Shown here: positions 1-11,730 of the stretch, in pieces | Layout of the letters: every line of letters starts with the position of its first letter | Numbering within the stretch: the stretch's first letter is position 1 | Assembly (NCBI RefSeq): GCF_000002075.1 | Contig: NW_004798504.1 | Coordinates: forward strand, 9,235 to 73,234 | Direction of reading: 5' to 3' | From: Aplysia californica | Taxonomy: Eukaryota | Length of the DNA: 64,000 bases | Program-made: the position numbers and the translations under genes | Notes under the pieces: generated by a model | Seen by the model: the letters and a program-made list of their open reading frames with translations, nothing else | What the model was told of the DNA's origin: nothing | Databases searched by the model: none

Positions 1-1676
1 TATATATATAAAGAATAGTCCAGTGACTTGTAAATTGCATTCGGCTTATACTATAGCAGTTTTGATGCCATTTGCACGCTTGACAACAATTGCGCGACGA
101 AGAGCTGGTGTTTTGTGTTGCAAACGAATGCTTTTCAAAAATTAGATGAACTTTCGTATCGATGTATTTAATAAAGATAACGTCCTATATTTCACAGACA
201 TAGAATAAAACCAGGGTGCATCCCTTTAGGACTAGTTTACAAGATACCCCATCCCTTTTAGAAGAGTTGAAAGGGTAAATTTATTTCGCCAGGTTGTAAT
301 CGGTCAAAAGAACGGTTACTGCAGTTATTAGAGGCACCTACCAACTCAAGAACAATCGAACAAGTAAAAAAGAGTGAGCAAACAACGTCACAAACAGGAA
401 ATAAAGGCCTGCATTAATTGATGCATCCCATTTATTTATAGAGTCCAGTCGTGACAATTTTGTTTTTTTAATTTGTTTTTTTAATTTTTTTTTTTTTTGG
501 GGGGGGGGGCACACTTGGTCCTTAAAAAATGTTATAAATTCCACTTTTATAGATCCCTGTATGCAAATCTGGTGAAATGGTGGAGTATATAGGCCAACAA
601 GTTTGTAACTCTAAAACTAAATACACCCAGGGGCGAAGCGTCTACACCCTACACCTGAGAGGTCTGCACAATCGATCGCTGTTCCCCTTCCATGATTTGG
701 GAGTATCGTTGCAGTCAAATTCACACATAGACCATATAGACGTAGGCCTCATAGATTTAAATAGACGATCATAAACTCGCCAATAAGCATGACATGCATA
801 TCCCCGCTCACCCCTTTTGGCCAACTCTCCTCATAAGCAGTCACAAACACTTATTATATAAGTTAAAAATGAGGCTGGTAGAGTCTACCTAAAAAGGTGG
901 GGGGGAGGCAACTTCTAATAATCTCATTCAGGACTGCTGAGTACTTGCTGTGTTTTTCTTTGACTTTTTGCCGCTCTGTAAGCAGGTCGTGGCTTGATTA
1001 TGGTAGCGGCTCCTGGCCACGAAATTAAAGGCAAGATGAAAGCAACCAAATTTGAAACCAAACTGATAATATAACATTTACATCTGTAGTACATGTATTG
1101 TCACCTCTGCTCCCGTGCCTTCTGTTTGTGCATTTATGGCTTCATTAAATGAAATGTAAGCCTACTGTTGAAAATCCCGAGACTATTTTCCCCACCGTAC
1201 GTTTTAAAGTTATAATATTGTGTTTTGCCCAAAGAGGAAATAAATATTAATTGAAGGGGGGGGGGTTCGATTATTTCGGAGGGTGAACATACAATATAAA
1301 TTCAGGACTCTCTGTTTTCATTCACAATTCAATGATTCCACCCAGGGTAAGAAGTTTTGTTTAAAATGGTATTCTTTATGTGGCAAAGCTTTTCGTGTGT
1401 GACATATCTGGTTCTTTGTCTAACTTTGATTACCCTGTCAAACAAGTCGGCCTTTGCCCCTGAAAAAAGCTTACATGTGTACATAAATGCATAAGCATGA
1501 TAATTTACCAAACTGACTGAAGAATCAGTACCAAACCAACAGGCCTACGCTACAACGTCTGCTGTATCATGCAGTACCAGCAGACAAAGTTTTCGTGTTT
1601 TGGTCAAGGAACGCCTGGTGACCACCCTGTAAACGTCTTTTCACCGACATTTTATGGTATGTACATTAGAACTCAC

Positions 1677-1837
1677 TGGCCACTCGGCCCCTGGAGCCCT
1701 CTCTGCTCTCTTCCCGCTGTTTCCAAAGATTTCCCGTTTTTCATAAAGACACCCCCTGGGCCGGCCATTGATCTAAGAGATGGGAGGGAGCTCGATCAAC
1801 CACTTGCCCGCCATTCTATTGTTAATGTGAAACACCA
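1677..1837 (-). other. Candidate spliced exon of a minus-strand gene extending left; possible start MAGPGGVFMKNGKSLETAGREQRGLQGPSG from ATG at 1768
   Basis: On - strand: acceptor TTTCCCATTCTCAG before 1837 and donor GTGAGT after 1677; GC-richer than flanks. No recognisable homology. Confidence 0.3.
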
Positions 1838-2037
1838 CTGAGAATGGGAAATTGCATACATTTGTACAAGCATCCTCAAAGTTGTTAAATTAATAACTTA
1901 AACAGTGCGGACATTTTTGTTTTCAGTTGAAGATACCCTTCATTTTAAAAAAAATTATGAATCATCATTTGTGAAGTAGCCTGCTACCCGATATATCTTA
2001 CTGAAAATAGTACCTAGAAAACGGCCTCAGCCTCCAC

Positions 2038-2122
2038 TAAGTTGTTTAATTTGTTTTTGCTCCTGTCGCTTGAAAAAGTTTTTTTTTCAAGCGACAGGAG
2101 CAAAAACAATTTAAACAACTTA
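2038..2122. repeat. Near-perfect palindrome, 40-bp arms, 5-nt loop
   Basis: TAAGTTGTTTAATTTGTTTTTGCTCCTGTCGCTTGAAAAA (2038-2077) vs TTTTTCAAGCGACAGGAGCAAAAACAATTTAAACAACTTA (2083-2122), one mismatch. Confidence 0.95.
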
Positions 2123-2544
2123 AGAGACAACCTTCTTCGACCTTCCGTTCAGGACGGGACCAACTCGGAGTGGCGGAGAAACTCCAGAACTCCCCAGTCT
2201 CCTCCTCCGCCTTCTCTGCCTACCCCCCCCCCTTTCCTTCTCGGGATTTGAAATCACATCTTGTGTGTCAAGTCGGATAGCCTAAACACTGCAACCCAGA
2301 AACTGGTCCTACCCAACAAGTTCGAGTATTGAATGAATCAACGGGAATGGGCATCGCCAGCAGTCAAAGCTTTCAGAGGACAGATTTTGCTTTTGATCAG
2401 GGCCTCAAAAGCCCCCAGAATACTCAGAAACATTATCGGCTTCCCGGGAAGAATATAGTGCAATCAGCAGATTAAGCGTTCAAACACTGTAACTCATAAC
2501 TACATTGAAGAACGAACTGACAAAATCGTTCACTGTCTATAGCC

Positions 2545-2685
2545 GGGTACCCTTTTCCACCTGGGTGAAATGAGGAAAATCCGTGTAAAGTGCCTTTCCC
2601 AAGGACACAACATAGGGCCTTTTACGAGATTCGAAATCACGACCTTACAGTTGCGAGTCCCACAGCCTAACCACTAGGCGCTAAC
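2545..2685 (-). mobile_element. tRNA-derived SINE fragment
   Basis: On - strand: A-box-like TAGTGGTTAGG, B-box-like ATTTCGAATC, then GTTGTGTCCTTGGGAAAGGCACTTTAC, typical of the body of metazoan core-domain SINEs. Confidence 0.6.
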
Positions 2686-5571
2686 GCCTCTTCCAACAAC
2701 AATTCTTTCAAAGAAAGGCCCGACGCCCCCCCCCCCCTTTTTTTTAAAACTCTTTTCCAGACAGGCACCATCCCCCCTTCCGAAACAATAACTCCACTGC
2801 ACATTTTATATATAGATTAGAAACGAAAGCAAAACAAAAACCAAAACCAAAATTAAACGGAACAGCCGGCAGAAAAATGTAAGGGACATAACTCATATAA
2901 TTTATATATATATATTATATAATATTTCTGTTTGTGAAAGGGATCTCTATCACCTATCCCTATCACTCTGTGCAGAGAAAGCCAAAAGTTGAAATAATAA
3001 TAATACACTGGCTTCCTGGAGATGTGCTCAACTCTTCTTCCCAAATCATAGTTGTTTATAGAATTGTAGGCCCTACAAAAACCCAAAAAAAAAGATTAAA
3101 AGTCACACATTTCGCAACCTCGCCTTGTTTTATCGAGCACATAGATCTAATTGAAAACTCAATAATTATTATCAAACTACGACGTAAGGGCGAGGACAGA
3201 GAGGCCGCCGAATAATATGTGTCGGCCTGTATCGGGCACATAATATTCACTCTGCGCCGATCTTTCCGAGGGTAGAACCAAAGAGTCTACATAACAAGAG
3301 GGGCCACTCCTCTCTTTGAGCCAATTAAAAAAGTGTCCTCAAAATTCGGTGGCGCCCTCTTCGCAAATGCGCACAGAGTTACGAAACAAGCCGCCACCGA
3401 TCCCGCAGATTGGCGCAGAGAATAGGCCGTGTCTCTGTGCATTTGTAGAAATTGTATAGATGGATTCCTATAACTTACGGCGCCTAGTGGTTAGGAGACA
3501 AAAATCGGCCGCCTTCGTGTTCTCCCTCTAATGAACGACCCTGATCGGGATCCTTAACGAATGGGGCGTTCTTGTAGTTTACTTCGTTTGCATAGGCATG
3601 CTCATAGAGTTAACTCCTTTTAAACTAGTGTACATCTATGGGCGTGTTTCATAACTCTCCTTCCACTCCATGCGCGAAGTCTTATCGGTGACGGAAGTTG
3701 TATTCCGACACCGTGCTCCTTAAAAAAAATAAATGCAATGTTTTCAGGGTGCGTTAAAACCAGCCCTATGGCCGCTATTGGTGAACGTTTAACAAAAAAG
3801 TCCCTGCCATAAATAAAGCTTCTATACGTAAGCCAGGGGCTGCTCGTGGGGCTTAAAAGTTGGCGTGCACAATTAAGCTATCTTATTCTTAGGCTGAAGA
3901 TAGTCAATGGCATTGTAAATGGAATGGTGTTTAATTTTAGGATCTTTTGGTTGGTGAGGGAGAACTTAGTGCTTTTATTTTCATTCTTTTTACTTGTCGC
4001 TTTGATTTCTAGAACTAGATCTAAATCTGTTTGTTACTTAAACATCAATTTCGTTCATCCTGCGTCGGAACTGAACACTCAAGTAATAACTTTCACCACT
4101 CCACTTCCAAACCATTCAAAGACACAACTCATAGGGTGGTATCTTAAGTATGCCACGTTCACCTCCCTCAGGTTCACGGTCACAGAGTCGCTTAAAATAG
4201 TGGCAAGACAATGAACCAATCACAGTTCAATTGAGCACTCCACCGGATTGCTCCGGGGATCACATAATTTTGGCATTGAATAGTGTACAGGCTATCGCGT
4301 TTATTTTTAGACTCCCTGCGGTGGGCTTTGTTTCGTGGGTGCACATTTGAGATGTGCCGTCTTATTAATGTTAATGTACCGCCAAAGTCGCTACGAGTGT
4401 CGTCTTCGCTGGGGTTATCCCAAATAGCGATTTATAGGCCAGACAGCCTCTGTTGAATATTCTATTACGTTTAGTTTAAGCGCGTGGACTTTGGCATGGC
4501 ATAGTAGTTGTTTTAGGGCGCTTTTGACACAGAAATGACAGTTACAGCTCCAGCGAGGACCTTGTTTTGATATTATTGGCTAGTGTCTGTTTCTGACTTC
4601 TTTTATTTCATGTTTGTGTGTGCTTTTCGTAATAGAACTTTCAAAAAATTTGGGCGGCACTGCACGACCGTGCTCTATGGACGAACCGCGCCTGAAAGAG
4701 ACATTAAGACAAAAGCAGTTAGCGATGGATATCTTTCAGGGAAAACCTTAACAGCTAAAAAAAAAATTTCTGCTTATAACTCTATGAAACTTTCTTTGAA
4801 CCCAATTGAATTAACAGCAATATTTTAAAAACCGTTTTGAAAGCTCACAAACACTACCTACCATTCGATATCCCTTTGGACCACGAGAGAGAAAACTCAA
4901 ATTAAAGGAAGAAAAAAATTCGAAAGTGACCTGGCTATTTCATAGAAAGAATATCCTTACTGGAATGTTGTTGTTTTTTAAAGCGACATGAACACTTACA
5001 CACCGGAGTAACTCTGTTCAAATTAAGCAGGTTGAAAGTTAATTGGCACCATACTGAACTTTTTTGTTCGTCCTTCGCATATGAAGATGACAATGACTTC
5101 ACAAATCGGTCTGTTGACGGTGACTGTGGGTCCGGAAATGGCTGATTAGTCCTATCCGGGCTCGGAAGGTTCGCCCACATTGTGGGCACAGGTAGTCCTC
5201 TGTTGGACTTGTGGTGGAGGCAGGTCTAGACTGGCGCACGTTGCGTTTTTGTTCGGCCTCGGCGATTCGCTTGGCTTCTGCTGCTTTGGCTCCCTTCATT
5301 AGCTTTCAGCGCCATGCGGGACGATCCAGGGCCAGCGTTTCCCTCGAGTCGCTCAGGATTCCAAGTTCTTTTAGAGAGACTTTGAGGCAGTCCCTGAAAC
5401 GTTTTTTTCTGCCCTCCAACTGAGCGCTAGCCATGGAGCAGCTCTCCATACGTCAACTGTTTTGGCGACCGGCTGTCCGCCATTCGGATCACGTGGCCGG
5501 CCCAACTGGCTCTCGTTTTGTGGAGGATGGTGTAGATGCTGGGGGTTCCGGCTCGCTCTAAAGGGGCTTTG

Positions 5572-6148
5572 AGAGATTCTTCCCCATTCCAACTACGAAA
5601 AAGCCAGACTTGGTGTTATGGGAGGAAAAAGACAAAGAGGTGCACTTGGTAGAGCTCATGGTGCCCCACGAGGACAATATTTATGCCGCACATGAGCGGA
5701 AAGAAAACCGTTACGAGGCATTCGTCGAACAATGTGAGGAGGCAGGATGGAAAGCAACCCATTTTCCGGTAGAGGTAGGATGCAGAGGTTTCGTAGCAAC
5801 AAGCACCCGTAAGTGGATGAGAGTGGCAGGACTTTCTGAAAAGAAAAGCAACGAACTCCCAAACTCCCTTCAGGAGACAGCAGAGAAAGCCAGTCACTGG
5901 CCACTGGATCTGGATGAAGCGAGAGGACGCAGGCTGGAATGAATCCTAAAAGTTGGCAGCAGAGGAAAACAGTCGAACTAGCATGGAGACCTCACATCGG
6001 TGAGGGGGCTCAGTGCGTCAGAAAAGCTGTAGAGAGGAAGAGCCCGAAACAGCGACGCATCCTCTCCTGATGATCTCTACGCTAGAGTCCGGGATACGGA
6101 GCGTTTGGCTGTGAGTGTGAGCAGTGCATACTGTTGTTAAGACTACGT
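5572..6148 (+). mobile_element. 3' fragment of an RLE-type non-LTR retrotransposon (HERO-like) nested in the RTE
   Basis: KKPDLVLWEEKDKEVHLVELMVPHED...AHERKENRY...GWKATHFPVEVGCRGF is the restriction-like endonuclease signature; flanked by a 9-bp direct repeat GGGGCTTTG (5563-5571, 6149-6157); the RTE frame rejoins as WQDKAPLERAG when it is removed. Confidence 0.88.
6006..6073 (+). ncRNA. Hammerhead-ribozyme-like motif with non-canonical strand order
   Basis: GUA triplet 6029-6031; GAAA 6046-6049; CUGAUGA 6067-6073; stem I GAGAGGA 6032-6038/UCCUCUC 6060-6066; stem III GCUGU 6026-6030/ACAGC 6049-6053; stem II GGGCUC 6006-6011/GAGCCC 6040-6045; extra helix UGCGUC 6014-6019/GACGCA 6054-6059. Confidence 0.55.
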
Positions 6149-8224
6149 GGGGCTTTGTCTTGCCATCGGATGCGGAGGATTTTACGAAGACAGCTCAGGT
6201 GGAATCGATTGAGCTGCTTGGCATGTCTGCTGTAGACAGTCCAGGTCTCGCTGGCATAGAGAAGAATGGAAAGAACCACTACCCGGTAGACCTTCAGCTT
6301 TGTGGAGAGGCTGAGTCCTCTGCACTCCCAGACATTCTTGCGGAGCCTCCCAAAGGCGACGCTGGCCTTGGCAACTCTGGTGTTAATTTCAGCATCTATA
6401 TGTACGGCACGTGAAAGTGTGCCGCCTAGGTAGGTAAAGTGGTCAGCTGCCTGGAGTTTCTGTCCCTTCACCATGATTTGTGGCACTGTGTATGGTTGTC
6501 CAGGGGCTGGTTGGTACATGACTTCGGTTTTCTTGGTGTTGATGGTGATGCCGAAGTTGTTACAGGCTAATGCGAAACAGTTCATTTCGTTTTGCACACA
6601 CCCTTCTGTGCTAGCTTTGAGTGCAGTCATCGGCGAAGAGAAGTTCCCTGATGACTCTTTCTTTCACCTTGGTGGCGGCCAGGAAGCGCCTGATGTTTAA
6701 CAGCCTGCCGTCAGTTCTGTACCTGATACGGATGCCAGCTTCACTGATGTGGAAGGCATCAGTTAGCATAGCGGAGAATACCATGCTGAAAAGAGTTGGG
6801 GCAAGGGCGCAACCTTGTTTAACGCCGTTGGTCATAGGGAAGGTGTCTGACTCACCTCCGTCCCCTAGGCTAACACCTTCACCATCATACCATCGTGAAG
6901 CTGTCTGACGATGGTGATGAATTTACTTGGACATCCATACTTCTCCATGATCCGCCATAGTCCTTCTCTGCTGACAGTGTCGAATGCCTTCGTTAGATCC
7001 ACAAAGGTCACGAGTAAGTCGCAGTGTTGCTCCTGGCATTTTTCCTGGAGTTGGCGGGCGGCGAAGATAATGTCTACAGTTCCTCGTTTGGCCCGGAAAC
7101 CGTACTGAGTCTCTGGGAGGAGTCCCTGTTCCAGATGATGGAGAGGCGGTTAAGTAGGACCAGAGAGTTTACAGGTAGGACGCGGGCCAGAATCTTGCCG
7201 GCTTTAGACAGGAGTGAAATTCCCCGGTGATTAATATGGAACACTCTCGCTCAAACCCCAGGCCGACCGTTCTTGGATTTCTTGAACCTAAAACTTTATG
7301 CAAGATCAGTGGGGAAGATCAGGTTAAAGTGGAAAGGAAAACAGAAAACTGAGAATTGCTTTCTTTGATTAAGGGAAATTTATCGGCGCAAACCATAGAT
7401 GTACACTATAGGTATAAAAGTAGACAACTGTATGGCGCAAACAGTAAAACATTTTCGAGGACAAGGGAGATAACTGCAAAAATAACTCTTCATACACAGT
7501 CATTGAAATGAGTTCCCCTTGAAGTAAACGACATTTCTGTCTCTGTAGCTGTAGCTGTAGCTCTGACTGGAGTTATAATTTCTTATACTAGATCTTGATG
7601 TAGGTCTAGATATCTATACTTAACATGTTTTTTTTTGTGCATTTAACATGATTTTTGCTTATAATCCTTATCCAAGAATGAGACCCTAGCATTTCACAAA
7701 TGGAAAGTAGATCTAACGGGTTTTATTTTTGAGACAAAAAAGTGCTCACATGTAGCCTACGTCCTGTAGTTTATTTACATGTTCACTGTTTTCCTAAATT
7801 AAAGAGTGACCACTTCATCAACTCTGGAAACAACAAACTGCTACTTTAAAAAAAAAAGAACATTTCGATTCAATCTTTGTAGGCCTATCTGAATGAGTAT
7901 GTTGTGCATAATTATTCACCCGATAAATCTAACTGGAGGTTAAATCTAAAAAAATGCGAACTCATAGGAATCAAAAACTTGGTCGGGTTTTTTTTTTTTT
8001 AAATTGTGGCTATGAACTTCACGACCACCTGTTTAGATCTGGTTTTAAATGTTTTGAGATTACGATAATTAAAAGTAGGTGAGTGAGAAGATAACTATGA
8101 ATTGCTCTTGACCCACTGTAATCGTTATTTGAAAAGTGAAATGTAAGCAACAATGCGAAATTATTCAATATTTATTTTGTTCACGAAAGCAAATATTTAA
8201 TGTAACTTCCATTTTTGGAGATTC

Positions 8225-8721
8225 TACACTACCACGCATGCGCAGAAGCCAATTTCCTTTTCCGCGTGTGTCAGGGCGTTTACTTCCACCCCCTTTTTTC
8301 CTGTATCGGGTTCAAGGAAATTGATGAGTATATTGATCGACGCTGCTCAAGTACAATAAAAGTAAGGAATTTACCAACAGTGTGATGTTTATCGGATAAC
8401 TTAGTTTTATTAATTTCCCCTTTTAACTCACAATTAATGCTCTCTGTTAACTTTCGAACGTATCCCGATGTGAGGATCGAGTAGCCGGGTGATTCATCGG
8501 TGTGTTGTACGACGGACGGCTTTTCCGGAATCTCTCTCATTGTTAGATATCTGTGTCAGCTGTAAGGTGCAGATTTAATTTTGTTACCGAAAACAAAGAA
8601 CGAATCGTACCACTGTAACCAGGACTCTTTTTGTTATATTGTCAAAGCTTATACCCCTCTAATGAATAAGTCTTTTACCGCTTTTTGCTGTCACCAACTC
8701 ACTACTCCCCTCAGTCTCAAA
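8225..8721 (+). promoter_or_regulatory. Candidate promoter and non-coding first exon of coronin
   Basis: CpG-containing segment with an NRF1-like ACGCATGCGCA near 8234; strong donor AA|GTAAGT at 8722; the coronin ATG directly follows an acceptor, so an upstream exon must exist; T/G strand skew starts about here. Confidence 0.45.
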
Positions 8722-8853
8722 GTAAGTGTAGGAGGCCTAGATCTATATGTCCTGGTGTAGTAAAGAGTTTCTCACTGCTGTCTTTCTTCCTTGTTCATCA
8801 TCATGCTTTCATTTGGTGTGTTAGAAGTTGTTTTGGGAGTATTTATGCCAAAT

Positions 8854-9195
8854 TCTAGATCTAGATCTAGATTTAGATCTAGGCTAGATTCTAGACTCTA
8901 GAATCCAGATTATAAATAGAGAATCTAAATCTACATCTAAATCTAGATCTAGAGATCTAGATCTTGATATATCTAGAATCTAGATCTAGATTCTAGATCT
9001 AGATCTAGATCTAGATCTAGATCTAGATTAGATCTAGATCTAGATCTAGTATCTAGATTCTAGATCTAGAAAATCTAGATCTAGATCTAGATATCTAATC
9101 TAGACTAGATCTAATTTGTAAAAAAGGGAAACTTTTTAGTTGTAGAGTCTAGCCGTACCTAGAATCTAGATCTAGATCTAGATCTAGATCTAGAG
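8854..9195. repeat. (TAGATC)n self-complementary hexamer array
   Basis: Dozens of degenerate CTAGAT units read directly. Confidence 0.95.
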
Positions 9196-10437
9196 TTCTA
9201 CAGGCCTATCTATCTGCCCAGATGTTAATAGATTTAATTGCCCTCATCATGCCTATCTCTGCTTTATCTGTCACCTCAATTTTTTTATTATTTTGTGCTC
9301 GGTTTGGTTCTTTATTCTCATAATTATCTGGAAGGCTGTGGACTCTTGTGCTTGATTCAATGACCCACTCTTCATGAAGGATTAGAAACGTTAGAAAAGT
9401 GGTAGATCTAGGCCTATTCTAATTTTCTTTTTCAAATCGAGTGTCGTCATATTCATGATTCATATGAAATGGATGAAAAGAAATTATGTTTTTATTCCGG
9501 TCAATTTACGAAAGAAAGCTGATTGATATTTGCAGCACAATCGAGCTCCTTCCAGCATATACGGCATAGAGGGCCTCTATACTAATAATTTTTCTCTTGT
9601 CCGTCAAGTTCTTAACTTGCTTTTGTTCTGTCTATGACATGAAATTATTATTGAAAGGAGAAAGGAGTTTTGTGGCAACTAAGTCAACTTATGGGAACTC
9701 ATATATATATATTCTCTCTGTCCACCACTTGTAGCTGTGCCCCTACCTCAACAATTTAGGTCTATCCCCATTCTTGCCCCACATTTTGGACCTTTCTCAT
9801 GCCACAAACACCATCCCATTCCTCTCTCCTTGTCATGATCTGTGACTCAAACGGTATCCTTTTTGACATGTGATGACCTGACCCCTTACTTATACCTGAA
9901 CCCACTTCCCCTAATTCTTTCTTCCTGCACCATTTAAACCACACCCCCTCTGACTTAAAACCACACCCCCTTGGCTTGTAAAATTGCAAAAACCTACTTT
10001 AATGTCTGATTTTTATTTCTGATCCTGTTTCTTTTTGAATATTTAAAGTTTGGTGTTTGCAGTAAATTAAAGCTATGGGATACTATACTTTTACAAATTG
10101 TCCTTATATAGTTAACAGAGAGCTGTCTATCAGTCTAGACTTTTGGGGCCTAGTGGTTGTGGTGAAGGCTAGAGTTTGAACTCTTATACTCCTTTCTCCT
10201 CCATAAGTGTTCAGTTCAGTTGTAGAAATTGTAGTCAGTCTTGCATGTGTCCCAAGTGATGGTGTAATGCTCACTTTTATGAAGTATTTACTGCAGAAAA
10301 TGCCCTTGCTTTGTTATTCGACCTAACTCATTGTGGTGAAGATTGCTGTAGATGTACTGGGTATTAATTGACTTTCAGACTTGTTTTAAGGATACTATAA
10401 ATGCATTTGAATGGTCATAGTTTTTTCTTTTAATTTG

Positions 10438-10931
10438 GTAAGTGTTTTACGGTGCTCGCAACTGCATAAAAGTTCATATGAGTGTGCTGGACACATTAAA
10501 CTTTTCCAGGTGGTAGAAAATTTTGAATTTTGCCCGGGTGGCGGCCGAAGCCTACTTTTATTGATTTTAGACTACCAAAGGATCTTGCACACAAGTCCTC
10601 CGAGATTTTTCGTCCTTGTTCGAGAAGGCTAGCTGTAGGTATTTCTTACCAGAAGATCAAGGGTGTGGCTGAAAGACAGCAGTAAGAAGGAGCCAAGGAG
10701 TAGCAGTAGAAAGGCTGCAGAAAGTCAGGAGCCCAGTGGAGGGGGCAAAGGAGGTGAGGGGGTGGGGGAAGAAAAAGGAGATGAAAGCAGATGACAGAAC
10801 GTTGCTAGAGAGCAGAAAAGCAGGAGAAAGGAGACAATTTCAGAGAAGAAAATGTTTTGGTTGCTACCCGAATTCGAAACCGGGACCTTTGAATGAGAAG
10901 CCAACGCCTTAACCTTTGGCTATGAGAGCCC
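10438..10931 (-). mobile_element. tRNA-derived SINE, family A, copy 1 (about 500 bp)
   Basis: Head GGGCTCTCATAGCCAAAGGTTAAGGCG...GGTTTCGAATTC, pyrimidine-rich body, tail GCAGTTGCGAGCACCGTAAAACACTTAC; four copies in the window. Confidence 0.85.
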
Positions 10932-11730
10932 CTGCTCAGAGTTGAGGTAATGGAATCAGTACAAATGTAACTTCACAACACTGCCATATTAATGTGAGTT
11001 GAAACCTTCCCAGATATTATAATTTCTTTGTAGGCAGGAAAGAGGAAGACAGGCACTCATTGTTAGAAGAAAATGGCTGTCTAAGGCTCCAAAGCAGGAC
11101 TTATTAAAATGAAGAACAAAACAAATCATATATTTCTTACGTCCCAACTGGAGGTGGTTGTAGACAGAGGACTGCCGTAAGGCCTGTTAAAATTAGGATG
11201 GTTTTTTTTCCTTTTTTGGAGGGAGGTTTCGTGGGTGCTGTAAGTGTTGAATTCTGCGAAGTGTTTCAGTTGAGGAAGACAGTTTGCAGGGAGAGGGTAA
11301 CAAAATGAAATCTGCTAGATGAGGAAGACCGAATTCCATGATAAAACTAATGGGTCGCCATAACTCCATAAATGAGCTACACCTCTAGCAAGTTCATGTT
11401 GACGTCCATTGTCAGTGACTGGGTAAAGAGAGCGACTTCTCATCTCATTTACTGTGTTGGTCAGAGCTGTGGACAGTGCTACTAGATTGTGGGAGCTCAC
11501 AAGCCTTCCTCACTAGCAGCTGAGAATTTGTTACTGACTGGTCAACTTGGGTGAAAGGGAATGGTTCATTAATTTGAGAGACTAACAGTAACGACGGTGA
11601 ATGGATTATGATAGCTTGTCCATAGTGTCAGTAGTTGAATATAATCTTTATAATGTGTCTGGCGATGAGAAATCTACCTTTATCCAACTTAAACAGTTTT
11701 ATATTTTTGGCTGTTGGTTGTTAAAATATA

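Larger units (their letters stand above)
5060..7233 (-). mobile_element. 5'-truncated, frameshifted RTE-clade LINE (reverse transcriptase plus C-terminal C2H2 finger)
   Basis: Minus-strand peptides NHRGISLLSKAGKILARVL, FVDLTKAFDTVSREGLW, GVKQGCALAPTLF, LLFADD, INTKKTEVM, FTYLG, LLYASETW, CPQCGRTFRARIGLISHFRTH; 3' end GTCATCTTCATATGCGAAGGACGAAC plus A-tract at about 5060. Confidence 0.95.
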
